A stretch of 63,923 nucleotides of DNA, the filler included, from Octopus bimaculoides (Eukaryota): the NCBI RefSeq assembly GCF_001194135.2. It is 6 parts of 5 records of this genome, joined end to end, with 100 filler letters (N's around TTAATTAATTAA, not from the genome) between each part and the next. Parts side by side here need not be neighbours in the genome. Positions count along the whole stretch, not along the records: positions 1 to 19,791 come from NC_068997.1; 5 more parts are not named here. One strand, given 5' to 3'. Below the pieces are notes generated by a model. It was not told where the DNA came from, searched no databases, and saw only the letters and a program-made list of their open reading frames with translations. Made by a program: the position numbers and the translations under genes. Below, in pieces: positions 1 through 11,244 of this stretch (positions are counted from its first letter, which is position 1; every line of letters begins with the position of its first letter).

Positions 1-350
1 AAAGGGGATATTTATCTTGGTGTGTTTTGGGTGGCATGAGCTAAAAAGGAGGTATTGTTGTGAGTCTGTAGGTTTGTGGTAGATGTCGGTTGTGATTTGG
101 TTATTAGGTGTTTTTATGATTAAGAGATCAAGAAAAGGGAGATGATGTTTGCTGAATTCCATAGTGAATTGAATGTTGGGATGTATGTTATTAAGAATGG
201 ATTTGAATTCTAGAAGTTTTTCGTAGGGTTCATTCCATATGATGAAACAATCATCCAAATATCTTTTCCAGTTATCCATTAAAAAGATGTGGAAAAGGTG
301 TCAAAATTTCTGGCGTGAGGTTTCATATAGTGTTATATATAAGAATTTTA
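1..350 (-). mobile_element. Penelope-like element reverse transcriptase fragment
   Basis: The minus frame reads DNWKRYLDDCFIIW...NNIHPNIQFTME...LPFLDLLI...TDIYHKPTDSQQYLLFSSCHPKHTKINIPF. These are typical PLE RT motifs, and the frame runs off the window edge. Confidence 0.85.
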
Positions 351-836
351 TCAGGAAGCCAGTGTGTAAAAATATTCATAAGGGAAATTTCTATTCCCAA
401 GAATATAATTATTCGCTTATATTTATATAAGGGCATTACTACAGAATAATGCCACACACTGTAAAGACAGACAAAATGCCGCTAAGCATTTCGCCCAGCG
501 GGCTAACGATTCTGCCAGCTCAACGCCTTACTACTACTACTACTAAGTTAAGAACAAAAACAACCAAATGATGATGGTGCTTGATTTTGAAGTCATTAGG
601 ACGTAGAATACCTTGTAGTATGTGTAGGCGATTGTCGAGTAAAATACTAGGGTACATTCATCGATTTGATTGCTGAATTAAGAACCATAAAGGACAAAAT
701 TATAATTATTATTATAATTAAGATTTCTTTATTAGACTCAAGAACAACTTTAAAATCAGTACATTAAGAGAGCTTTTATATGCGTATGTGTACATCTATA
801 CATGTATGATTATACACAGACACACACACACACATA

Positions 837-891
<55 letters not shown>

Positions 892-1225
892 NNNNNNNNN
901 NNNNNNNNNNNNNNNNNNNNNNNNNNNNNNNNNNNNNNNNNNNNNNNNNNNNNNNNNNNNNNNNNNNNNNNNNNNNNNNNNNNNNNNNNNNNNNNNNNNN
1001 NNNNNNNNNNNNNNNNNNNNNNNNNNNNNNNNNNNNNNNNNNNNNNNNNNNNNNNNNNNNNNNNNNNNNNNNNNNNNNNNNNNNNNNNNNNNNNNNNNNN
1101 NNNNNNNNNNNNNNNNNNNNNNNNNNNNNNNNNNNNNNNNNNNNNNNNNNNNNNNNNNNNNNNNNNNNNNNNNNNNNNNNNNNNNNNNNNNNNNNNNNNN
1201 NNNNNNNNNNNNNNNNNNNNNNNNN

Positions 1226-1297
<72 letters not shown>

Positions 1298-1369
1298 GTG
1301 TGTGAATATAATACTTAATTACAAGGTGAGCAAGAGTGTACGTACGCCGCTATATGTATATATAAATCC

Positions 1370-1610
1370 CCAAAATGGAACAAGAACGCAACAGACAACA
1401 ATAAAACATCCGGGCAGAGAGACAATGCGAAGATGTACAGGAAAAGCAATAAAAAGACGGACATTAAAAAACATGGTCGGATCAATCACGTCCTCCTCTC
1501 ATCAGTCAAGTTACCAAATTATCCTTACAGTTTCGGGAAGATACACTTGAGACTGTTCAAATCTGGCTGCCTCCAAATATCTAAGCTAAAAGCATTTAAT
1601 CTTGGGGGAG
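1370..1610 (+). repeat. Interspersed repeat family X, copy 1 (probably Penelope-associated)
   Basis: Similar to 21995-22240 (+), 29050-29275 (-) and 29850-30115 (-). Shared core: AAAATGGGACAAGAACGCAA...CAGATTATCCTT..AATTTCGG...AATCTGGC. Confidence 0.55.
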
Positions 1611-2001
1611 AAATCAAGCGAATGTGTACGACTGCTGTCAAAGTGATAATCTGAGCAGCAGACATCTAGCTGTTATCTCGCACCCCGTCGTGTAGCAGAT
1701 TCCCTAGTCGGTCATAGATGACTTCTCGTTAGGACGCTGGTTTGGCGGATCGCACACACATACACAAGTATGTGTTTATATACATAAACGCACACCCATG
1801 TATACATTTATACTTTTTTTCTTACAAAACTCAGGTTGGAAGAAGTATTGGATAAATAGGTATCTCGTATGCATACATATATCATACACACTCACACACT
1901 CACACATACATACATACATACATACACACATCTTACACACATATATACACACATACATACATACGTATGTACGTACGTACGTATGTATGTATGTATGTAT
2001 G

Positions 2002-2032
<31 letters not shown>

Positions 2033-2069
2033 GGTGTGTGTATGTATGTATGTATGTATGTATGTATGT

Positions 2070-3380
2070 ACCATCAGTAATACCCGTCGTTGATCGGGTA
2101 ATTACTTTTCCTGTTTCTCGGGCCGGAAAGCTAGAAAAATGGGTAATATCATATAAAAGAATAGCTTTACGGAATCCAGATGACTGCGATGGCACTGAAC
2201 AGGCTACAGACCAAGTGGAACATCACTGTTCATATAGGAAAAGCATTGCACGTCCTGAGTTTGTTTGGTGTTCACTTTTTGACGGTCTTTGTTTAGTAGA
2301 CATTTTTTTATTAGGTATATCAGTAATAGTGAAATGAATATACAAATGCTGTGTCCTGTCAGTGTTAGTGCTAAAATTCCAACGTTATATTATAGGCATG
2401 GAAGGCAAGGCAACAATAAGTTGTGAAATTACAAATGCTGTGTCCTGTCAGTCAGATTTAGGTTTACTCGTCCCGTATTATATAAGAAAAAACCATGTAA
2501 TAATTGAAGTAGAAAAAAGATGGATTTCATATACGAACTTCTGTTTGTTCTTCAAGTAGCATTCCAGCAACTTTTAGTGTTTGGCATTGACTTTTATTAA
2601 TGCACATATCAGAACCGAGAAGCTAGAAAAATGGGCATATCATATAGAAGAATTGCTTTACGGAATCCAGGGAGCTGCGATGGCATTGAAAAGGCTGCAG
2701 GTCAAGTGGAACATCAGTGTTCCTCACTCTTCCTTTTGACGTTTGAATAGGCGGTATATCGTGAATGAAGCTAGAAGAATAGCCATATCATATAGAAGAA
2801 TAGCTTTAGGAAATGCAGGAGACTGTGCGATGGCACTGGGAAGGCCACGGATTAAGTGGGAGACCCATTTGTCACGGTTTCTTTTGACATATGAATAAGC
2901 ATATGCCCAAGCAGAATTGAAAGATTCAGGTTCGAATCTGAAGCAGGGGGAGACTACGACTACAGATTTATGTTTGCGCGTGTCTCATCCTCATTTTGTG
3001 CAGCCCGTCGTGCGTTTGTTTGGTGTTCGTTTCTTGACAGCCTTTTTTTTTTTTCGTAGACACTTTTTGATTAGAAATATCAGTGAGAAATAGTGAAATG
3101 AAATTACAAATACTGTGTCCTGTCAGTGTTAGTGCTGAAATTCCGACGCGATATTACAAGCATGGAAACCAAGGCAACAGGAAGTAATAGTCCAATGGAA
3201 TTAAAAATGTTGTGTCCTGTCAGTCAATTTAGGTTTACTAGTCTTGTATAAGTGTATTATATAAGATAAAACATAATAAATGAAGTAGAAAAACGATGAA
3301 TCTCATATACGAACTTTTGTTTGTTCTTCAAGTTGCAATCCAGCAACTTTTAGTGTTTGGCCCTGACTTTAATAAATGCT
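2070..3380. repeat. Imperfect tandem duplication, offset about 755-775 bp
   Basis: Block about 2258-2600 recurs at about 3013-3372. Block GCTAGAA.AAT.G...ATCATATA.AAGAAT.GCTTTA occurs three times (2130, 2622, 2770). Confidence 0.85.
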
Positions 3381-3590
3381 CATGGCAAAAGAAAGTGGGA
3401 TAGGAAATTGTAAGGACTCAAATTTTAATGAGACATTAGATGTTACAACTGGTATGCAAGGAACGGTGGCGATGCTGCATTTACCACAACCAGTGAGAAT
3501 ATTCGCCTCAATGCAGTTCGGCATAGGTTTGTGCACAACTAGTGTTGCCTTCCTTGAAACATTTGCTTTTATTGTTATGGGACAAACAAA
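3320..3590 (-). mobile_element. Helitron Pif1-like helicase C-terminal fragment
   Basis: The minus strand reads MPNCIEANILTGCGK...IPVVTSNVSLKFESLQFPIPLSFAMSIY*SQGQTLKVAGLQLEE. This matches the Helitron RepHel motif QFP(V/I)RL.FAM(S/T)INKSQGQTL. A second copy (INKSQCQTLKVAGMLLEE) lies at about 2545-2602. Confidence 0.85.
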
Positions 3591-3635
3591 CACACAAACA
3601 GAGAGAATCTGTCATATATATATATATATATATAT

Positions 3636-3672
<37 letters not shown>

Positions 3673-4415
3673 NNNNNNNNNNNNNNNNNNNNNNNNNNNN
3701 NNNNNNNNNNNNNNNNNNNNNNNNNNNNNNNNNNNNNNNNNNNNNNNNNNNNNNNNNNNNNNNNNNNNTATACATACATATATATAAATATATATGTGCA
3801 TATATGTACATATATACATGTATATGCATATATGTATTCGCGTATAGCCTAATACACTCATATATACGGATGTAGGTATTTACGTGAGAACATGTTTGCA
3901 CGTGTATGTACGATGCACTCTAAAAACTAAATCAAAACAAAAAATCAAGAAGAAAAAGCAACAAACAACAAGAAAATTCAGGTATGCGCAAATATAACTA
4001 ATTTTTATTAGATAATGAGTGTCAGCAAGGATTGTACCCAGTCTTGTTGCGTTGAATTCCCTCGGAGCCTTTCAATTTCAAATAGCAGCATAGTTTCGTA
4101 CTGTTTCACATACATATATATNNNNNNNNNNNNNNNNNNNNNNNNNNNNNNNNNNNNNNNNNNNNNNNNNNNNNNNNNNNNNNNNNNNNNNNNNNNNNNN
4201 NNNNNCTTACATACATATAAAGTTTCACATAATTTTAGATAATATATGTATATATGTGTGTATGTATATTTATGTATGTATATATACACGTATATATATA
4301 CATATGTCTATATGTATGTATGAATGTATGTATATATATGTATTATATAGAAGGTTCATATTGCTATGTAAGCGGAAAAGAGGATATAATATTATTTTTA
4401 CATGACTATATATAA

Positions 4416-5331
4416 TTAGTTTAGTTCAGTTATATCATGTGGCGGGTGATCTGTAGATTCTTTACGTTTTCTTGAGCATAATTTCCGTGCACTTTCTTTT
4501 ATAGTGGCATCAAAAAGCCACAAAAACGACATCATCAAGAAGCTGACAAAATGAGAGTAACGGTAAATGATGAACGTCTGATAATCGAATGGCGGAAAAA
4601 CTCCCAGTTCAAATAAGTTTTGTTGAAGATAAGAAATGAAAACCAAAATAACAACAATAATTAATGTTCTTAAAGGGGATTTCATCATCTCACATTGTTT
4701 ACCTTTGATAGCAATATAGATCAACAAGCCAATATACACTAACATTGTTATCATCATCAATATTGCGAATGTAGCCATGATTGTTATGAAATTACTATTT
4801 ATATCAATATCGCATCTCTTTGGATTAAATACGGAGCATGCTTGAAACATTACCAATCCTTTTACCCAGAGAAAGGCCCACAAAATCCCTGTCACTGCGT
4901 ACTGGATAATTAGAAATTTCTGACTTTCATATTTGCTAGGTTGAAAGTATTTCACGATAAAATCACAGCAAATAGGTAATAAGAAATATTTAGACCCTTC
5001 GTCTAGAACATTATGAGTCATAAATATAAATGCACAGGCTGGAGTTGGCAAATATGGGAACAGGTGGATATGTATATTCTCGAAATAAACGAACAAGGTA
5101 AACAATGCAAAGTTAAACATATAGTTCAGCAACGACAGAGAGCGCGTTTTTCCATGAGATTTACGATCTAGGAAAATGGCGATCATTAGAAATGCATTGG
5201 TCAGGATAACTAAGATGATCGAGACACATAAATATATTCAACCGCCCGAATGTATTATTTGCGAAGACTGAAAATTTTGGGGTATAATCGTAGTCGTAGT
5301 TATAATCTACAGTCACTTGTAAATCTTCCAT
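4416..5331 (-). pseudogene. Frameshifted divergent 7TM GPCR-like gene, paralogue of 10339-11244
   Basis: The 256-aa ORF (4416-5186) aligns with TM1-end to C-terminus of the paralogue. An upstream ATG at 5331 encodes MEDLQVTVDYNYDYDYTPKFSVFANNTFGRLNIF in another frame. Codon alignment shows a 2-nt deletion near 5229-5230. Confidence 0.8.
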
Positions 5332-7904
5332 CTTGTGTTTTGAGCAGTTTGAATTGTCTCAAATCTGAAATGGAGATAATAAGATAAATAAAGAAACCAA
5401 CGGGTTAAATTTTTTTCTTTATATACTGATAATGGTAACTGAAATAGTTGTAACTATAATTTTAGAGAGATGCTAAGGAATAATAAATAGTAGCAACTAT
5501 GCCAAACGTAGGATCTGTTGTTACAATAACGATGTATGTGTGTAGCCAATCACAACTGTATTGTTCTGGATTCCGTTTGTCTCAATAAACGACAGAAAAC
5601 ATTTCAGAAGTCATGCGATGAAGAAATGTCTGTTTTGGAATAGTTTCCATAATGTTAAGATATGCATGGAAGTCAAATATAGCATTGAAATCTTTCATGA
5701 AGCATAATGCCATATGGCTTAGTAGAGGAAAAATGAAATTAACATTTAGAAAATAATGTACTAAACGTACTTGCGGATGATGCAGTACAATTTGTGGTGA
5801 GATTTTTCTTTCAGAAAAATCTATGGACGTAATGAAAATGAGTGTCTTCTCGGTTAAGCAAATTTTACAATTCAAATATGAGAGAAAAGTGTCAGACGAG
5901 ATAATTTTGTCGAAAACAATGGTATTTCCTGATCTTTTGCCGGAAATATGCTGGAACTTAGGAGAAAAATGCACCACCTCGGCAAGTGAAGAAATGGCAA
6001 CCGGTTGAATGAAAAAAGAATAAAATAAAAAGATCTCTAGAAAGTCTGAAACATCATCTAAATATCTTTAAGAAAGAACTTAATATCATTGTATACCTTT
6101 AATATATAGAACATTTCGTTAGACAGATCCAAAGGAGTTGTATGGTATGAATAAAGCATATATAACGTACTTTTTTATGACATGGCGAATGCTACACATA
6201 CAGCTATATAAAAAAGACGCTAAAGAAATCACCACTATCCTCATAAGATATATATATATATATATATANNNNNNNNNNNNNNNNNNNNNNNNNNNNNNNN
6301 NNNNNNNNNNNNNNNNNNNNNNNNNNNNNNNNNNNNNNNNNNNNNNNNNNNNNNNNNNNNNNNNNNNNNNNNNNNNNNNNNNNNNNNNNNNNNNNNNNNN
6401 NNNNNACTCCTGGGAATTACTTGTGTGGGTACCGTCTTCGTTAGAAGGTAACCAGAGGCAGGTAATTTATTGTTTAAACCGCAGTTTATAATTATAGTTA
6501 TGTGGAGAATGGAGAAACAAACACAAGAAGAAGCAAGTCAACTGGGCTAGTTAGCCATTGATTTAATTATGTGGAGCTTATATAATGAGTCATTTACGTA
6601 CGATTCGATGTGCCAAATGGTTTGGTAGATCTCTTCAGAATGTTGAGGAGTATGTTAGAGTTCATGGTGTGAGAGATGCAGGAGAAACAATTAGTGGATA
6701 TATTAATGCATGTGGTGGTATAAGAATAGCATTAGGTAAAGTTAGTCTTACATTTTAGTTGAAGTTGTGTTAGTCTGTCTCGAAGGGGAGGTAGGGTGGG
6801 TGCTATTTAAGCTCGTAGTTCCAATCTTAATCAGATGCATTCCGCACGTGCTTGTTTTTAGAATTGAGGCGTGTGTCTTTTACTTTTAGCACCGGCGGTG
6901 TTAGTAAAGGGGAGTAACCCTAAGTTTTGGTGAAGAGGGAGCTAACTCTGATCTTATTAATATTTAATTATAATTAATTATACTTAGAAAAAGAAAATTC
7001 TTTTTTGCATATTTAATTATGCTTAGGAAGTGGAATGCATTACATATTTAATTATACTTAGAAAATGAGTATTTAGTAGCGTGTAGACAAATTAGGCTAC
7101 GTTCATATCTTTTGTTTAAGAGATCCTTATTAGCCGTTAGGATTTTGAGGCGTTCAGTTAGACAGAGGTCACAGCGTCTGTTTGTTGGGTTATGAGAATT
7201 AGCTGCTTTTAGTATGTGCCACTTTAGTTTATATTCTATTTTATTTCCTTTAATTCCCAGATATAGCTACTAAGTCCTGTTGAATTTGCCTTTTTTCTAT
7301 TTCTAAAGCTAGATTGGTGCTCATTATATCTGAGGCCTATTTGGTTTTTCGTAGCGCCGATGTAAGATTTAATATGGTTGTTTGTGTGTATTACGGCAAC
7401 ATCGACAATAAAAACAAGCTTAAAATGTGAATAATTGAATAAACAATTGCCCTTATTTTCAAAAGTATTTTCAAATTTTTTTTATTATATGTTAGAATCA
7501 TCTGGAAATACAAGCAGTCGAAATATAGTTTTGACATTCCATATAATATTGATAAATAAATTACATGCAAGTAGTCTTTTAATGGTGATCAACCAATCGG
7601 CAGCCATATTTTGTACTGTAGTTTATATCATTAGATCATAAGGAAGAAAAGAATTGAAGAACTGCTAGTTTAAAGAAGGGGACGATAGCTCGGGAATCAT
7701 AGATGAACAATATCTGATTTATGTTTGAAAAGACGTACATCAGACATTAATATGTGATTATAATCTTTATACTGATTTAAAGAAATGCCAACAATTGAAA
7801 AATGTATTGATATTAAAAGTTTTTTGTTTGCAAGGTAGCTCGCTGTCTTAATGATAATAATTCTTTCTACTACAGGCACAATATCTGAAATTTTTGGGGA
7901 AAGG

Positions 7905-8072
7905 AAAAGTTGATCACATCGATCCCAGTACTTGACTGGCACTTAATTTATCGACCCCGAAAGGATGAAAGCTCGGTCGACTTGGCGTAACTTGAACTCA
8001 GAGCGTAAAGACAGTCGAAATACCACTAAACATTTCACCCAGTGTGCAAACGACTCTACCAGTTCATCGCCT
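7905..8072 (-). mobile_element. tRNA-derived SINE, family A
   Basis: Carries the family core TTCAAGTT..GCC.AGTCGAC....CTTTCATCCTTTCGGGGTCGATAAATTAAGT.CCAG shared with the copies at 33045, 49.6-50.4 kb, 61883 and 63640. Confidence 0.8.
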
Positions 8073-8076
8073 TATA

Positions 8077-8121
<45 letters not shown>

Positions 8122-8709
8122 CATTATTATGTTTTTTTTTCTTCTTTCTTCAAATTTTCTTCCATTTCTCGCCGAGTGTTTTCCGTACACCTAGGGCAGA
8201 GAAACTCGTTGTATGCATTCCCAGTTTACACACGCAAATTCACAGGTAAAATATGTATTTAAAAAAAAAATTCATGAATGGATGTTGTTTTCACAGCGAT
8301 AATGCTCTTCTCANNNNNNNNNNNNNNNNNNNNNNNNNNNNNNNNNNNNNNNNNNNNNNNNNNNNNNNNNNNNNNNNNNNNNNNNNNNNNNNNNNNNNNN
8401 NNNNNNNNNNNNNNNNNNNNNNNNNNNNNNNNNNNNNNNNNNNNNNNNNNNNNNNNNNNNNNNNNNNNNNNNNNNNNNNNNNNNNNNNNNNNNNNNNNNN
8501 NNNNNNNNNNNNNNNNNNNNNNNNNNNNNNNNNNNNNNNNNNNNNNNNNNNNNNNNNNNNNNNNNNNNNNNNNNNNNNNNNNNNNNNNNNNNNNNNNNNN
8601 NNNNNNNNNNNNNNNNNNNNNNNNNNNNNNNNNNNNNNNNNNNNNNNNNNNNNNNNNNNNNNNNNNNNNNNNNNNNNNNNNNNNNNNNNNNNNNNNNNNN
8701 NNNNNNNNN

Positions 8710-8849
<140 letters not shown>

Positions 8850-9404
8850 ATGCCCTGTTACAGTAGCAGGCAGTGGGTTTTATGGCTTCTCATCTTAACT
8901 GATTGGAAGTGTTATCATGTATATTGTTTTGTCTTGGTATAAAAGATGGACTACAGCAAATATTCTGCTCAATACCACAGATTTGTTTGTCACGTGTTTG
9001 ACCTTAACCATTTGAGCATGTCCCTTGGTGGCTGACGATATGTGCATCTCTGATCACGAGCAGAAGTAGTGAGGGGGCATCATAGCCAAGTGTTGAGAAG
9101 AATTCTTTGGGGTTTGGATAATTCCCCCTTGGAAATATGGGTGTTTTGTTCAACATCCTTAAACAACCCTTATTCAGAGTCCTTTTGAGCGGGACGGGCT
9201 ACTCAACCTGAAGAAAATTCTAATTGGGCCCCACCTGCAAGGCCATGCGCTGTTAATCTTGATATGAGATCACCATGTTGCGCACATATGGTTATGATGC
9301 ATGCGCCTGGTGTACCCTTATCAGACGGGTAGTCATGATGGGTATACTGGGCTTCGTATATTTTACCCCAGTGTCACTTTGATAGCATGCACTGCTCTCT
9401 GACA
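8850..9404. mobile_element. About 555-bp interspersed element embedded in triplet/TAA repeats
   Basis: A more GC-rich island with no clear ORF, bounded by (AAT)n(AGA)n on the left and (AAT)n at 9405-9430. It resembles a common octopus repeat (recalled, not searched). Confidence 0.5.
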
Positions 9405-9429
9405 CAATAATAATAATAATAGTAATGAT

Positions 9430-9774
9430 AACTTAAAATCGCTGAATATCTTCAAAATTTCTCCTGCGATTTCAAACTTCCTGAAGCACAACATGGTCAA
9501 TGTGGAATACGAATGTCCAATAATACTACTCTAATGGAGTACTGACCAGAAAAATATTAATATCAACTGCGGTATTTTCCAAGGTGACTCACTTTCACCT
9601 TTAATTTTCTACATAGCCCTTACAAGTGAACTTAACAGAACAAGGTATGGACATAAAAATGGCGACAAGAAAATAAGTCATCTATTTTATATGGATGACT
9701 TAAAACTCTATGGCAAAACGATAATGAGCTCAAGGACTACTAAATAATTTAAATAAAAATATATACATACATAC

Positions 9775-9805
<31 letters not shown>

Positions 9806-9823
9806 AATGTATATATACATATA

Positions 9824-9880
<57 letters not shown>

Positions 9881-10190
9881 ATACATATGTATATATAAAT
9901 ATGTATATATAGATAGATAATATAAAAGCTTTATGTGACAAATGAGAAGCAGCTTGAAAGTCTACATACTGTTCGCATTTTCTCAAATGATGTCGATATG
10001 GAATTTGGGATTGAAAGTGCACTGTATTGATAATGAAACGAGGAAGATTTGAAGAACGTCAAGAAATTGAAGTGCCAAATGGGCGAACAATGAAAGCAGT
10101 TGGTGAAGGACAGTGGTATAAGTATTTGGGAATAATGGATGCAGATAAAATAAAACATGAAGAGATGAAGCAATTGCCAGTAAAATGAGG
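9430..10190 (+). mobile_element. R4/Dong-like (RLE) non-LTR retrotransposon RT fragments split by a microsatellite
   Basis: INCGIFQGDSLSPLIF...KISHLFYMDDLKLYGK at about 9560-9720. LKLYVTNEKQLESL-HTVRIFSNDVDMEFGIE...MKRGR...YKYLGI at about 9922-10140. Confidence 0.8.
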
Positions 10191-10338
10191 AAAATATTAC
10201 AAAGTTGAATTTAAAAAATGCTATTGAAGCAATAAATTGATAAAATATTTACAGGGCTATATAAGCTGATATATTGCATGCAGACTTACGAGATACTCGT
10301 AAGTAGATATAATACATTTTTTACATCGCTTTATGTGA

Positions 10339-11244
10339 CTAATTAAGTTCAGTAGTTAACTCATGTGACGGAGGGCGTATAGGTTTTTTACATTTCCCTG
10401 AATATAATTTCCGAATACTTTGTCTTATAGTAACATCAAAAAGCAATAGAAATGGTACTATTACAAATCTTATCAAATTTAATAAAAGGGGTACGTAAAG
10501 AATAGTGATTTGTATTATTCCATACAGTCCAACAAACACAATGGTTTCAGCAGAGTATAAGGTTATGACGAATATAACAATAACAATCATAGTTATTAAT
10601 GACAATTTCATCGTATCATTTTCTCTACTTTTCACTGCGATGTAGATCAGTAGACATACAAGTACCAACATTGTAACAATATACAAGCTTTCTATGGCTA
10701 AATGGATACAAAGGGAAATGAAATGTAAGAATATATAGCATTGGTCAACTCCGTAATCTGAGAAAGCTAGAATCATTAATAATTCTTTGATCCAGATAAA
10801 AACCCACAAAACAACTGTGAATATAATCTGGGTACGCAGAAAACTGTGACTTTCATATTTGCTTGGTTTAAAGTATTTCACAATAAAATCACAGCAAATA
10901 GGAAGTATGAAATACAGAGCAGCGTCGTTAGTAACGGAAGTTAGTATAATAATAAATAAGCAGGTAGACTGAGGTAAATCTGTAAATATATGAATATGTA
11001 CGTTGTGGAAATAAAAGAACAAGGCAAACAGCGTGTAGTTAAACATATAGTTCAGTAATAAGAAAGAGCGTGTTTTCCCATAGGCTCCACGATCTAGAAA
11101 AATGGCAGTCGTTAACAATGCGCTGAACAGGAATATTACGATGGTTGCAACACAAGCAGATAAATTCACCCAGATAGATGAAGAGGGTTCAGTGAATGTA
11201 GAATTGTACTCATAATAATAATAATACTCTGGATAGTTTTCCAT
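10339..11244 (-). CDS. Intact single-exon divergent 7TM receptor, class A GPCR-like orphan, 301 aa
   Basis: Seven hydrophobic segments and a short Tyr-rich N-terminus with an NST sequon. Cys at the TM3 start and in ECL2 (QSTC / DQC), TM4 Trp, a TM3-end/ICL2 pattern ICCDFIVKYFKPSKY at the DRY...P..Y position, and a helix-8-like TIRQSIRKLY. Confidence 0.85.
   Translation of the reverse strand: MENYPEYYYYYEYNSTFTEPSSSIWVNLSACVATIVIFLFSALLTTAIFLDRGAYGKTRSFLLLNYMFNYTLFALFFYFHNVHIHIFTDLPQSTCLFIIILTSVTNDAALYFILPICCDFIVKYFKPSKYESHSFLRTQIIFTVVLWVFIWIKELLMILAFSDYGVDQCYIFLHFISLCIHLAIESLYIVTMLVLVCLLIYIAVKSRENDTMKLSLITMIVIVIFVITLYSAETIVFVGLYGIIQITILYVPLLLNLIRFVIVPFLLLFDVTIRQSIRKLYSGKCKKPIRPPSHELTTELN

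Noticed and set aside
5582-5977. 131-aa ORF upstream of receptor copy 1
   Set aside because: No convincing domain. CKICLTEK weakly recalls Penelope C-termini, but this is too little to call.
6408-7350. Possible LTR or pseudo-LTR-like block between the two receptor genes (a similar block lies at 18700-19110)
   Set aside because: The composition looks repeat-like, but I could find no termini, TSD, coding motif or second copy to support a call.
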